Part shown: piece after piece, positions 10,327-21,220 of the stretch | Numbering within the stretch: position 1 is the stretch's first letter | Layout: each line of letters starts with the position of its first letter | Position numbers and translations under genes: made by a program | Assembly: GCA_963707505.1 (NCBI GenBank) | Contig: CAVPQB010000006.1 | Span: 384,001 to 448,000, forward strand | Direction: 5' to 3' | From: an uncultured Gemmatimonadales bacterium | GTDB lineage: Bacteria; Gemmatimonadota; Gemmatimonadetes; Gemmatimonadales; Gemmatimonadaceae | DNA: 64,000 nucleotides | Notes under the pieces: generated by a model | Databases searched by the model: none | What the model was told of the DNA's origin: nothing | What the model saw: only the letters and a program-made list of their open reading frames with translations

Positions 10327-11566
10327 TTACCCCTTCCACTTCCCGCGTGCAACCGCGGGTCGGAAGTCCTCGATCCCCTTCGCGGGCAGCTCGATCGTCC
10401 TTCCTTCTTCCGCACTGCGATATGCGGACATCAACAGCTTCACTACTTCGAGTCCGTCGTCGAACGTCAACAATGGCGTTTCACCGCGGAGAAATGCGCG
10501 CACGAAATGGCGGTTCTCGGCTTCGTAGCCGTACGCGGCGGCTTCGTTCGCCACGACCGGCATCAATCCCATCTCGGCGTTCTGCTTCTCGACCAGATCC
10601 TCGCCTGCCTTGCCGCTCACCTCGCGGCTGAAGAACAGCTTGAGACCGCTGTCGAGTGTGTTCCATGACATCGAGTATTCAGGGCCGAGCAATTCGGCGG
10701 AGAGACGAAGTCCCGCGCCGACGAAGCTCCATGACGTGGTCGCCTCGCCGATCACTCGCGTTCCGTCGCTCGCCTCGAACTCGATCGTCGCACCGGCGAA
10801 ATCCTCGGATGGATGCTTGCTGTAGTCGACATCCTTCCCCATCGTTTTGCGCAGACGCTTCGCGTACTCCGGCCGCTCCACTTGAGACTCGCGATGTGGC
10901 CGTTGATGGACACAGGCGTAAGCGAGTTGCGTGGCTCGCCGGGCTTGGTGAGCAGATAACGCACGAGCTCGACAGAGTGACACATCATGTCGTTGAGCAC
11001 ACCACCGCCCTGCAGGTCGCCACGCCAGAACCACGGCATGTGCGGACCACTGTGCTCTTCTGCTGCGCGTGCGAGATATGGACGTCCAGTGGTCGCCGCG
11101 CCGCGCGCCCAGATCAGCGATCGGCCGGTCTCGATCTGCGGGGCGAACAGCTGGTTCTCCAGGTAGCCGTGCATCAATCCAACGCGCTCGACGAGCTCGA
11201 GGACCTTTGTGGCTTCGGCGACGTTGCGGGCGAGTGGCTTTTCGCATGCGATTGCCTTGAGAGTTCCCCTGCCACTCTCAATCGCGTCGACGATTTCCTT
11301 GACGTTCTCGATGCGCGAGAGGTTGGGGCCGAGCAGCCAGATCGCGTCGATCGCGGGATCGGCGACCATGTCGGCGATGGAGTCGTACGCGCGCGCATTG
11401 CCGACGTCGAGCGTGCGCGCGAACGCCGCGGTTGCTGCTGCGTTCTCCGGTTCGGGCTCCAGACTCCAAGTACATCCGCGTCGCGCACTCCGACAAACGA
11501 CTGCATGTGGAACCGGGCAATGAAGCCGCTGCCAATGAAGCCGATGCCGAGTTTGTTGCTGCTCAT
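10327..11566 (-). CDS. Gfo/Idh/MocA oxidoreductase, frameshifted (~11430 and ~10880)
   Basis: Pieces in three frames: LGIGFIGSGFIARFH / IACEKPLARN...GGGVLNDMMCH / ...FVRAFLRGETPLLTFDDG. Confidence 0.85.
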
Positions 11567-11574
11567 TGATTCCT

Positions 11575-12192
11575 CTAACTGTCGTAGCTGACGCCTAACT
11601 GGTGTAGCACTTCCGCCGGGCAGCCGTTCCAGTTCGGATTGAAGACGTTCCCGATGTACCTCACGTCCTTCCATCCCATCTGGGATGAGAAGAAGCCCGA
11701 CGCAGTGAGATCGCGAAAGCTGTTGAAGAACGCGACGCCGTGGCTCAGCTCTGGCCGGGCCTTTTCGGGCCATGCGATATCATCGAGTACCTGACGACGT
11801 TGCGCGTCTGTGCACTTCACAAAATCGGCGTTGAACCGTGTGCGACATTCCGTATCGAGCCACGCAAGTCCGCCGCGCATCTCGACGCGATTCATCTCGG
11901 TTGCCTCGCCGAGCATGTAGTCCATGAATTCCGGGACGCGCGCATCGGTAGCGCTGCCCGAGCGTTCGTCGCGCGGAATGATCAGGTCGACGAGGATCCG
12001 CACGGTCGCGTTTTCGTGCGCTGTAAAGAACTTGCGCCTGACCTCAGGTGCCTCGGCGTCATCCTGCTGCAGCACGTGCGTGGCCCGACTGATTGCTTCG
12101 GGCGTCCAGTGCAACGCACCGGTGAGAGGGACAGCGCCGAGCAGCTTGAGTGCGTCTCGGCGGCTCATTCCGTTGTTCTTGTCGTCGCTCAT
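11575..12192 (-). CDS. Gluconate 2-dehydrogenase subunit 3 family protein (Tat)
   Basis: SRRDALK; LVDLIIPRDERSGSATDARVPEFMD; FRDLTASGFFSS. Confidence 0.9.
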   Translation of the reverse strand: MSDDKNNGMSRRDALKLLGAVPLTGALHWTPEAISRATHVLQQDDAEAPEVRRKFFTAHENATVRILVDLIIPRDERSGSATDARVPEFMDYMLGEATEMNRVEMRGGLAWLDTECRTRFNADFVKCTDAQRRQVLDDIAWPEKARPELSHGVAFFNSFRDLTASGFFSSQMGWKDVRYIGNVFNPNWNGCPAEVLHQLGVSYDS

Positions 12193-13884
12193 AGTGCCCC
12201 CGCCTTGCGTTGTTGCGTTATGTAGTCACTCGTGCGCCATGCGAGCGCGAGAATCGTCCACGTGGGATTCTTGTCTGCCTGCGATACGAACGGGCCGCCA
12301 TCGGCGACGAAGAGATTCTTCACATCGTGCGCCTGACAATTCTTGTTGAGCACCGACTTGCCGGGGTCATCGCCCATGCGCGTGCCGCCCAGCTCGTGGA
12401 TGATCGTGCCCCCGGTCGCAAGGCCGTAGTCCTTTTCACGTGTCGGCATTGGCGAGAATACCTCGCCGCCCATCTCGGCGACGATCGAGCGGAAGGTCTC
12501 CTGCATGTGCTTCGCCTGATTGTATCTCGTGGTCGCTCCACTTCCAGTGAAAGCGGAGCACTGGAATGCCGTACCTGTCCACAACCTTCGGATCGAGCTC
12601 GCAGTAGCAGTCATCGTTTGGAATCATCTCGCCACGTCCGGCGAATCCAACACTGGCGCCGAAGTAGCGACGATAGTCGTCCTTCAGTGATTTTCCGTAG
12701 CCGCCAGCATTGGGGTAGCGCTGAATGCCGCCCATGAATCCGTACGCCGGAGCATCGAAACCGCCGCCGACCTCGATGTGATATCCGCGCGGGAAGTCGA
12801 GCTTCTTGTTGTCCTTCGACCACGGCATGTAGATGTGATTGCCGCCAGATCCGTCCTCGTTGTGCGGCATGTGGTTCACCATCCTGGGAATGAAGCCGTT
12901 GAGTCCGACCCCGGTGGTATCGGTGATGTACTTGCCGACGATACCGCTGGAGTTCGCGAGACCGTGCGGAAAGAGCGCCGACTTGGAGTTGAGCATGAGT
13001 CGCGCCGATTCGAACGCGCTCGCAGCGAGTACCACTACGCGCGCGCGAACATGTTGCTCGGTCCCATCGCTCGTTTTGATGTAGGTGACGCCGGTCGCGA
13101 CTCCGTTCTTGTCGATCGTGACTTCGCGCGCCATCGCATTCGTGATGAGCGTGAGCTTGCCCGTGTCGAGCGCAGGTTCGATCAGAACGTCGGGGCTCGA
13201 GAAGTTCGAGTTTGTCTGGCAGCCGCGACCGCACTGTCCGCAGTAGTGACAGGCCATCCGGCCGTTGAGTGGACGCGTCAGAATTGAAAGGCGTCCGGGA
13301 ATGCAGGTGATGTTCAGCTTGTCGCACGCCTGCTTGATCATCAGCTCGTAACAGCGCGGCTTGGGTGCGGGCTGAAAGATTCCGTCCGGATTGTTGTGCA
13401 ACCCTTCGTTGCTGCCGAAGATGCCGATGAGCTTGTCGATCTCGTCGTAGTACGGCTTGATGTCGTCGTAGCCGATCGGCCAGTCGTCGCCGAGTCCGTC
13501 GATGGTCTTGCCGCGGAAGTCGTCGGGGCCGAATCGGAGCGAGATGCGGCCCCAGTGGTTTGTGCGGCCGCCGAGCATCCGGGCGCGCCACCAGGAGAAC
13601 TTGGTGCCCGGCGCGGTGGTGTAGGGCTCGCCCTCGATGTCCCAGCCACCGATACAGCCATCGAACTCACCAAACGGCTTTTCGCGCGAGCCTGCCCCGC
13701 GGCGCGGTGAAGCATAGGCCGGCACGAGCATCTTGGAATCGCGAGTGCTGTACCATTCAGGCCCCGCTTCGAGAAGCACGACGTTCGCGCCGGCCTTGGT
13801 GAGAACGTAGGCGGCCATTCCACCGCCAGCGCCTGAGCCTACTATGCATACGTCGTACTCGGGCCGCTGTGAGAGCTGGGACAT
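12189..13884 (-). CDS. GMC family flavoprotein oxidoreductase, one frameshift near 12520
   Basis: DVCIVGSGAGGG, RMLGGRTNHW, CHYCGQCGRGC; C-terminal IIHELGGTRMG...NPTWTILALAWR in a second frame; GGAGG RBS. Confidence 0.9.
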
Positions 13885-14049
13885 CCATTCCTCCAACTGG
13901 AAATCGTGCGAAATTCTGGCGAGCTACAGTGTGCGGGCGCGAAGATAGTGCGCGCGCGGGGCACTCGCAACGCTACGGGATCGTACAGACCACTGGCGCG
14001 ACAGGTGCAGGAGAGCGAACCTTTCCCAGTTGACGATAACTCCACCGAC

Positions 14050-15192
14050 ATGTCATTCGAAATAGCGAAGGAATTTCCCTGGGCCGGCACCGGCACGACC
14101 TATCTCAACGCTGCGGCGACCGGCCCGCTGCCTGCGCGCACCGTCAGCGAGCTGGATCGCTGGACTCGACTTCGCGCGGAGCCGTGGAGGATCGCGCTGG
14201 ATGAACAGTTTGCTGCGCTGGCGAAAGCCCGCGAGCTGTGCTCCGGTCTGGTTGGCGCCGACAGCGATGAGATCGCGCTGGTTCCCAATACGAGCACGGG
14301 ACTCAATATCGCGGCGCAGGTGCTTCCGATTGCGCGCGACAAGGTGATACTGGGATACGACGGTGAGTTTCCCGCCAACGTATATCCATGGATGGCGATC
14401 CAGCGCAGAGGCGGCGCACGATACGAACAGCTGCGCCTGTTGCCGAGCGGGCTTCCCGATTGGGATGCACTGCCAGCCAGGCTCGATCGTGGTGACGTTG
14501 CAGTTCTCGCGATATCGTGGGTGTCGTTCGTATCCGGCGACCGCGCCGACCTGGCGGCCATTGGAACGATGTGCCGCGACCGCAAGATATGGTTCGTCGT
14601 CGATGCAATTCAGGGTGTGGGGACCACGTTGCTGGACGTGCATGCGTGCCACGTCGACGTGCTCTCGTGTGGCGCGCAGAAGTGGCTGCTTTCTCCCTGG
14701 GGATCGGGATTCTGCTACGTACGGCGGGAGTTGATTCAGATGCTCGAGCCCCGCACTGTAGGCTGGCTCAGTGTGCGTGGCGCAGAGGATTTCTCGCACA
14801 TGCTGGAGTACGATCTCACATATGCGGACGATGCCCGCAGGTTCGAGGTCGCAACGATTCCATATCAGGACATGGTCGGAATGGATTCGAGCCTCGAGCT
14901 GCTGTACGAGATCGGCCTCGACGCAGTGGCGTCGCGGATCCATTCGCTGGCTGGCAGACTCGTCGAAGGGATATCGACGATACCAACTCTGTCGCTCGTG
15001 ACGCCGCGCGACGCGAGCCGCCGAGCGGGAATAGTGTCGTTCATGGTGAAAGACGCCGACACGATTTCACGAAGGTTGAACGATAACGACGTATCACACT
15101 CCATTCGTGGCGGCGGCGTGATTCGACTTGCTCCACACATCTACAATACCGAGCAGCAAATCGATAGAGTACTGGCGCTGCTGAATGGGTAG
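14050..15192 (+). CDS. Class V PLP-dependent aminotransferase / cysteine desulfurase-like
   Basis: YLNAAATGP, VVDAIQGVG, SCGAQKWLLSPWG, IRLAPHIYN. Confidence 0.88.
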   Translation: MSFEIAKEFPWAGTGTTYLNAAATGPLPARTVSELDRWTRLRAEPWRIALDEQFAALAKARELCSGLVGADSDEIALVPNTSTGLNIAAQVLPIARDKVILGYDGEFPANVYPWMAIQRRGGARYEQLRLLPSGLPDWDALPARLDRGDVAVLAISWVSFVSGDRADLAAIGTMCRDRKIWFVVDAIQGVGTTLLDVHACHVDVLSCGAQKWLLSPWGSGFCYVRRELIQMLEPRTVGWLSVRGAEDFSHMLEYDLTYADDARRFEVATIPYQDMVGMDSSLELLYEIGLDAVASRIHSLAGRLVEGISTIPTLSLVTPRDASRRAGIVSFMVKDADTISRRLNDNDVSHSIRGGGVIRLAPHIYNTEQQIDRVLALLNG

Positions 15193-16561
15193 CGGACCGA
15201 CGAGCACCATCGTGAACGACCGCTCGATTCCAAAGATCGGAGTGTTCGACGCGACCATGCTCGTCATGGGCGGCATCGTCGGGGCTGGGATCTTCAGCAA
15301 TCCCGCCGTCGTCGCGAACATGGTGCACAGTGGCGTGCTCATGATGATCGTGTGGACGATCGGCGGCGTCATAGCACTGACCGGTGCGTTCGTGTACGCC
15401 GAGCTCGCGGCACGCCATCCCGCGCGCGGCGGGCACTACGCGTACATGCGGGATGCGTTTCATCCCGCGATCGCGTTCATGTTTGGCTGGGCGATACTGC
15501 TCGTCGTGCAGACCGGTGGGATCGCTGCCGTATCGGTGATATTCGCGCGCTATTTTCTCGCAGTTGTTCCGCTGCCGATATCCGAGACGATGGTTGCGGT
15601 GCTGGCGCTCGCGCTGTTGACCGGAATCAATTGCGCCAACCTGCGTGCAGGCAACAAGACGCAGAGTCTGTTCATGATTCTGAAGGTCGTCGCCATAGTT
15701 GCGATAATCGGATGCGGTGTCGCCATAATGGCGCACGGAACAGGCTCGGATTCCATGAGCGGAACAATGCCGGTGCACCCGTTCAGTGCGCTTGCGGCTG
15801 CATTTACGCCGGTGATGTTCGCGTATGGTGGATGGCAAACCGCGAGCTTCGCAGCTGCTGACATGCGCGATCCCGCACGCGACCTGTCGCGCGCAATGCT
15901 CTACGGCGTGCTCGGAGTCGTGGCACTCTATCTGGCGGTGAATGCAGTATTTCTCCTCGCACTCGGCGCCGACGGGCTCGCGAGCACGGTGACGCCAGCC
16001 GCAGCGGTCGTCGATCACGTCTCGAGTCGGATGCACATCGGCGCCGAAGTGATGGCTGGCTGTATCGCGCTGTCGACGTTCGGCTTCCTGAGCCAGGGGA
16101 TGTTCGCGACACCGCGCGTGTATCAGGCGATGGCAGCCGACGGATTGTTCTTCAAGGCGATCGCGCGTATCTCACCACGATCGCACACGCCGACCGTCGC
16201 GATAGCGCTTCAGGGGACACTGTGCGCTATAGTCGCCGCGTCGGGAAGCTATGAATCCATCATGAGCTACGTGACTTCGGTGGACTTCATCTTCTACGGA
16301 TTGGCGGCGCTCGCGCTGTTCGTATTTCGGGCGCGTGATCGTGAGCGTACGAGCGTGGTGGGGTACACTGTGCCGGGCCACCCGTGGACCACGGCATTCT
16401 TCATGATCGCGAGCTGGATAGTGGTGGGGACGACGATCTACAGCGATCCCAAGCACAGCCTCATCGGAATTGCCGCGTTGTCCCTGGGCGTGCCGACGTA
16501 CTTCATCTGGATGCGATTGAGGAAGGCAGATCCGTCGATCGCGGTCGAGGCGCTGGATTAG
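15185..16561 (+). CDS. APC-family amino acid permease
   Basis: GGIVGAGIF, YAELAA, FAYGGWQ, ATPRVYQAMAADG. Confidence 0.9.
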   Translation: MGSGPTSTIVNDRSIPKIGVFDATMLVMGGIVGAGIFSNPAVVANMVHSGVLMMIVWTIGGVIALTGAFVYAELAARHPARGGHYAYMRDAFHPAIAFMFGWAILLVVQTGGIAAVSVIFARYFLAVVPLPISETMVAVLALALLTGINCANLRAGNKTQSLFMILKVVAIVAIIGCGVAIMAHGTGSDSMSGTMPVHPFSALAAAFTPVMFAYGGWQTASFAAADMRDPARDLSRAMLYGVLGVVALYLAVNAVFLLALGADGLASTVTPAAAVVDHVSSRMHIGAEVMAGCIALSTFGFLSQGMFATPRVYQAMAADGLFFKAIARISPRSHTPTVAIALQGTLCAIVAASGSYESIMSYVTSVDFIFYGLAALALFVFRARDRERTSVVGYTVPGHPWTTAFFMIASWIVVGTTIYSDPKHSLIGIAALSLGVPTYFIWMRLRKADPSIAVEALD

Positions 16562-16564
16562 CCG

Positions 16565-16586
16565 GGGCGCGGATGCATCCGCGCCC
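16565..16586. repeat. Perfect 22-bp palindrome GGGCGCGGATGCATCCGCGCCC (REP-like, possible bidirectional terminator)
   Basis: Between convergent stops; variants at 51655-51674 and 61480-61499. Confidence 0.75.
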
Positions 16587-16597
16587 TGGAGTTGGAA

Positions 16598-17272
16598 TTA
16601 CACGGCGTTATCGCGCTCGTACTTCGCGAGCATCGGCTCCGTTTCCTTGGTGTAGCACGTGGGACAGATGCTGTGGCTGAAGCGCGTGTTCATCCGCTTC
16701 GATATGTAGCTCTCCACCGTCTGCCAGTAGTAGTCGTCATCGCGAATCTTCTTGCAGTACGAGCAGATTGGTACGATCCCCTGCAGTGTGCGGATCTCAG
16801 CGAGCGCCGCCTGCAGCTCGGTCACGAGACGTTCGCGCTCCTCGTCCGCCTGCTTCTTCGCTGTCACGTCGCGCGCTACGGAATAGATCGAGCGGCGTCC
16901 AGTGTCCGGCGCTGCATTCCATAGCAGCCATCGGTAGCTGCCGTCCTTGCAGACGTAGCGGTTCTCGAAGGCGAGCGCGTGCCCACCTGCTCGCACTCTG
17001 GCGTTCTGCTCGAGAGTGCGCGTGCGATCGTCCGGATGCACAAACTCGATGAACGGGCGCGACGTCAGCTCATCGCATGTAAATCCCAGCGTACGCTCCC
17101 AGGCCGGATTGAGCCGCTTGAAGTAGCCGTTGAAGTCCAGGCAACAGAGCATGTCGATCGAAACCTCGAAAAAACGCTCCTCGAGATCGCTGACTGGCTC
17201 TATCTCGTCGTACTCCGGACGTAAACGCTGCGCGACCTGCTCGATCACCTGACCCTCTCCTATCTGATTCAC
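16598..17272 (-). CDS. PAS-domain protein with C-terminal CxxC...CxxC tail
   Basis: NPAWERTLG, FVHPDDR, KDGSYRWL, ARDVT; PICSYCKKIRD...HSICPTC. Confidence 0.85.
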   Translation of the reverse strand: MNQIGEGQVIEQVAQRLRPEYDEIEPVSDLEERFFEVSIDMLCCLDFNGYFKRLNPAWERTLGFTCDELTSRPFIEFVHPDDRTRTLEQNARVRAGGHALAFENRYVCKDGSYRWLLWNAAPDTGRRSIYSVARDVTAKKQADEERERLVTELQAALAEIRTLQGIVPICSYCKKIRDDDYYWQTVESYISKRMNTRFSHSICPTCYTKETEPMLAKYERDNAV

Positions 17273-17402
17273 TCTGCGATCAGTGGTTGTGTTATGTGTT
17301 ATAGTCGTGACGCTGGAATCTAGCCAGCGTCACATGCTTGCCATGGGGCGGATGACGCACGTTAGCGTCAGATCGTCTTCAGTTCAAATGCAGGAGCTCC
17401 TT

Positions 17403-18380
17403 ATGATTTGTCCGCGCTCTTTCGTGTCAGCGCTGCTCGCAACTGTGCTCTTGATCGCCTGTGGCGGAAGCGGCACCAGCACAGCCCCGTCAAAGACTGG
17501 CCCAGAGGCGGGTGCGCCCCAGCCTTCTGGCGGCAGTCTGGGCGGTAAACTTGTGTTTCCGGCTGACAACCCCTGGAATCGCGATGTTTCGCACGATCCT
17601 GCAGATCCCGGCTCGGCGGCAATGGTCTCGTCTTGTGGGGCGACCGCTTCACTGCATCCCGACTTTGGCACAGTGTACGACGGGGCACCAAATGGGATCC
17701 CATACATCGTCGTGCACTCCGGCCAGGCCACAGTGCCGGCCACGTTCAACTATGCGTCGGAAAGCGATCCTGGTCCGTATCCGATCCCATTGGATGCGCC
17801 GATCGAGGGTGGATCGGCGTCGACCGGCGATCGACACGTAATTGTCGTGGACGTCGACGCATGGAAGCTCTATGAATTGTACGACGCGCACCCAGGCAGC
17901 TCGTCGTGGACAGCAGGATCAGGTGCGGTCTTCGACCTCAGCTCCGACGCGCTCCGACCTGCTGGATGGACGTCGGCGGACGCAGCCGGCCTGCCGATCT
18001 TTCCCGGCCTGGTTCGCTATGACGAGGTCGTGGCTGGCAACATTGCACACGCGCTCCGCATGACCTGCCCGCACACCAGAAGCGGCTACGTATCGCCGGC
18101 GCGACATCAAGCTGGAAACGGTACCGACCCGTCTCTCCCCCCGATGGGAGCGCGCTTTCGCCTCAGGGCATCCGTGGACATTTCGGGATTCTCGCCGCAG
18201 GTGCAGGTGATTCTCACCGCGATGAAGAAGTACGGACTCTTCCTCGCCGACAATGGCTCACCCTTCTACATCAGCGGCGCACCCGACTCGCGCTGGAATG
18301 ACGACGATCTGCACAACCTGTCCAAGCTTCACGGCAGTGATTTCGAAGTGGTGCAGATGGGACCCGTTTCCGGTCCGTAA
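17403..18380 (+). CDS. Conserved hypothetical lipoprotein
   Basis: CAGGAG RBS; lipobox LIAC; globular domain (NPWNRD, GWTSADAAGLPIFPGLVRYDEV). Confidence 0.8.
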   Translation: MICPRSFVSALLATVLLIACGGSGTSTAPSKTGPEAGAPQPSGGSLGGKLVFPADNPWNRDVSHDPADPGSAAMVSSCGATASLHPDFGTVYDGAPNGIPYIVVHSGQATVPATFNYASESDPGPYPIPLDAPIEGGSASTGDRHVIVVDVDAWKLYELYDAHPGSSSWTAGSGAVFDLSSDALRPAGWTSADAAGLPIFPGLVRYDEVVAGNIAHALRMTCPHTRSGYVSPARHQAGNGTDPSLPPMGARFRLRASVDISGFSPQVQVILTAMKKYGLFLADNGSPFYISGAPDSRWNDDDLHNLSKLHGSDFEVVQMGPVSGP

Positions 18381-18415
18381 GGACTTCGGAAACGGAATCC
18401 GCAGACATCGACCAG

Positions 18416-19720
18416 CTACCGAACGGTGATCTCCTGCAGCGCCTCGCGTGCGCGTGCGTCCTGTGTACGTGAAAGCGATGCAATCGCCCGCCGGCGTAGC
18501 GTGTAATTACTGTCGCTCTTCGCGATCGATATGAGCTTGTCGACAGACGCGCGGTCGTTGCCCTCGCCGTAGATGCGGATCAATGCTTCCTTGAGAGCTG
18601 GGTCATCCATGCTGTCATAAAGCGCAATCGTCTGGGCACGGCCGCTGGTGCTTCGTGCGGCGAGATCCAGCGCGCGACGGCGCGTCTCCGGAGACATCTG
18701 TGAGTTGCGCGCAACGCCGAGCAACCACTGGGTATCGGTAGTGGTTCCGCGCTGGCCGATCACCTCGAGCACTGCCGTACGCGCACGGTCACTCGTCATC
18801 GTTCCGAACGAGCTGCGCAGCAGGTCGATGTCCTTACCAGTTGCCTCGCTGCCACCGAGCCCACGCACGGCAGCGGCAAGCGTTGCGTCGGAGATATCGC
18901 TGCGCGTTACTTCCTTACGTAGAAATTCGCGCGCGCGAGGATCGCCAGACTGCGAGAGCGCCCGCACGCTTTCCTCGCCGATCCACGACGCCGAATTCTC
19001 TGTCGCCAACTGAACCAGAGACGGAACGCCGGCGCCGTGGCCCACCCGGCCGAGCATGTTGAGCGCGGAGCGGCGCAGTGACTGGGTCTCGTTCTCGTCA
19101 CGTGATATGCGTAACAGCAGGTCGGTTACCTGCGCAGTCGGCGCCCTGGAGTCGCTGCCATCGTCGCGCGCGAGCCACGAGAGCGCGGCGCGGCGTGTAT
19201 CCGATGGACGGTTCTGGTCGCGCGCGATGGCGACGAGACCAGGCGTAATATCGACGCCATCGGCAATAGCAGCGGGCAGAATCGCCTGCCGGCTTGCCCG
19301 GCCATCGGTATTCGTCGCAAGCGACATCAGATAGTCCGAGGCCTCGCGACCGGAAACCGTACCAAGATCGGTAGCTCCTTCCGCAGTGTGCAATGGACCG
19401 GCAACCGTCTGGATGTTCGTAACTACGCCATCTGCACGATCGATCACTACACGAACCGGTCCGGCGGCGCACGGTTGACTCGCGACGCCGTTGATGACGT
19501 TCACCTGGCCATAATACGATGATCCGGCGCCCGTCGAGAGAAATGCCTGCCCATCACCGCATACATCGGAACGACCTGCAAATTCGAACTGCACACGTGT
19601 CGCCGAGCTCGCATTGATGCGCGACGTGAGCGACTGTGCTCCGAGCGTGCTCGGCGCGCCGGTGAACGAAACGGCGAGTGCGAGTGCGCCAGCTCCGATG
19701 AGGAATCCATGTGTCTTCAT
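18416..19720 (-). CDS. Secreted HEAT-repeat protein
   Basis: Signal peptide; repeated D..RRAAL..L helical pairs. Confidence 0.82.
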   Translation of the reverse strand: MKTHGFLIGAGALALAVSFTGAPSTLGAQSLTSRINASSATRVQFEFAGRSDVCGDGQAFLSTGAGSSYYGQVNVINGVASQPCAAGPVRVVIDRADGVVTNIQTVAGPLHTAEGATDLGTVSGREASDYLMSLATNTDGRASRQAILPAAIADGVDITPGLVAIARDQNRPSDTRRAALSWLARDDGSDSRAPTAQVTDLLLRISRDENETQSLRRSALNMLGRVGHGAGVPSLVQLATENSASWIGEESVRALSQSGDPRAREFLRKEVTRSDISDATLAAAVRGLGGSEATGKDIDLLRSSFGTMTSDRARTAVLEVIGQRGTTTDTQWLLGVARNSQMSPETRRRALDLAARSTSGRAQTIALYDSMDDPALKEALIRIYGEGNDRASVDKLISIAKSDSNYTLRRRAIASLSRTQDARAREALQEITVR

Positions 19721-21207
19721 TTGTCGATGATGTCGAGGAGGAGTTTGGTGATACGCGGATCCTTCTTGCGTGACAGAGCGGATATTGCCTGCCGGCGCAT
19801 GCTCGGGTCGGTGCTCGTGCGCGCGATATCGATGAGCTTGTCAGCGGCTTGCGGTTCCGGCCGCTGGTCCAGGAGCGAGATGATTTCCTCACGGGTGGAT
19901 CTGTCGGCGGAGGCATCGTACATCTTGATCAGGTCGGAGACCTGTAGATCGTTCTTGCCTGCATAATGAAGTGCGGTGATACGCACGTCGTTCGACACGT
20001 CGGTGCGTGTCATGAGACTGCGGATTGCCTGGGTCGATGCAGGCGACTGTTGGGCGGCGAGTGCGCGCACGGCAATTCGCTGAAGCGGAGCCTTATCGGT
20101 AGACGTCGCGAATCCCAGGAGCGCTGTCGTAGCGCGATCGTCTGGCGCGCGGCCGAGCAGACGGATCGCTTCCGCGCGAACTTCCAGTGATGGGTCGTTC
20201 CTGGCGGTGCTGATCAACAGATCGGTGTTGTGGGTGTCATTCGAGCGTGCGATCAGTCCGAGCGCGCCGCGACGAAGGGGCGCCGAGCATGTGTCGCGGC
20301 GCGCAAGCACCTTCGCGATGGCCGGATCGGCGTTCTTCGGATCCATCTGGACGAGTGCGTTCAGCGCCTCCACGCGCAGTTGCGCATCTTCTTCATCGCA
20401 CGATGTTGCGCTCGAATCAGCCGTTCGCGCGATCTGTGCGGCGGCAGCTGCATCGCCGCGTGCCGCGAGCGCGCCACGAATTCGAGTTGCCAGCACCGCG
20501 GATTCCCTATCTGACGACCTTCCCCAGTCCACGTACAACATCTTCGCGCGTGCGCCATCCGGGCCGCCGTCCGGGGCGATCATGGTCATTTTCATTTCGC
20601 TCGCTCGCGCGCGCGCCTTTTCAGACGCAGTCGCGGTACGCGTTCCAGCGGAATCGAGCGCCTGCAGCGCTTCGTGCAGATCAGCGATGCCGCCGATGCG
20701 ATAGAGCGCGAATGCACGCCAGTACGCGGCGTCCGCACGGTACTGTGACGTTGGGTACTGGCGCGTGATCTGCGCGAACAATTGAGCGGCTCGGCGATAT
20801 TCACCCGAGTTGAGAGTCTGGCGCGCGAGGCGATAGAGTGAATCGGCTGGATCATCCGCGGCCCAGGATGCGCGCGGGGACTGGGGCAATCCACCGAACG
20901 CGCGCGGCGTGTAGTCGAAGTCAAATTCAAAATCAGGAACCAGCGTCTTGAGCGTCGCCGCCATGGGCGCGAGTTTCGCCCTGACCATCCATGCATCGTC
21001 CGCCGCAATGCGGGCAGCCGAAGCCGCCAGGGCGCGAGGCATGTCGGTGTCGATGCGGTCGAACTCCCTGAAATCATCGAGTCTCTCGAGCGGCAATACG
21101 TCCAGCTGCGGTGCCGGAGCGATCGCAGGGGCGGGGGTCTGTGCTGGAGCGGCCGACGCAAGGAGCGACATGGCCGAAGTTATCGAGACGAGTGTGTAGA
21201 TGCGCAT
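19717..21207 (-). CDS. Secreted TPR + HEAT-repeat protein
   Basis: Signal peptide; YRRAAQLF...DAAYWRAFAL TPR; HEAT repeats ending DPSMRRQAISALSRKKDPR. Confidence 0.82.
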   Translation of the reverse strand: MRIYTLVSITSAMSLLASAAPAQTPAPAIAPAPQLDVLPLERLDDFREFDRIDTDMPRALAASAARIAADDAWMVRAKLAPMAATLKTLVPDFEFDFDYTPRAFGGLPQSPRASWAADDPADSLYRLARQTLNSGEYRRAAQLFAQITRQYPTSQYRADAAYWRAFALYRIGGIADLHEALQALDSAGTRTATASEKARARASEMKMTMIAPDGGPDGARAKMLYVDWGRSSDRESAVLATRIRGALAARGDAAAAAQIARTADSSATSCDEEDAQLRVEALNALVQMDPKNADPAIAKVLARRDTCSAPLRRGALGLIARSNDTHNTDLLISTARNDPSLEVRAEAIRLLGRAPDDRATTALLGFATSTDKAPLQRIAVRALAAQQSPASTQAIRSLMTRTDVSNDVRITALHYAGKNDLQVSDLIKMYDASADRSTREEIISLLDQRPEPQAADKLIDIARTSTDPSMRRQAISALSRKKDPRITKLLLDIIDK

Positions 21208-21220
21208 GTTCGGTGAATCC

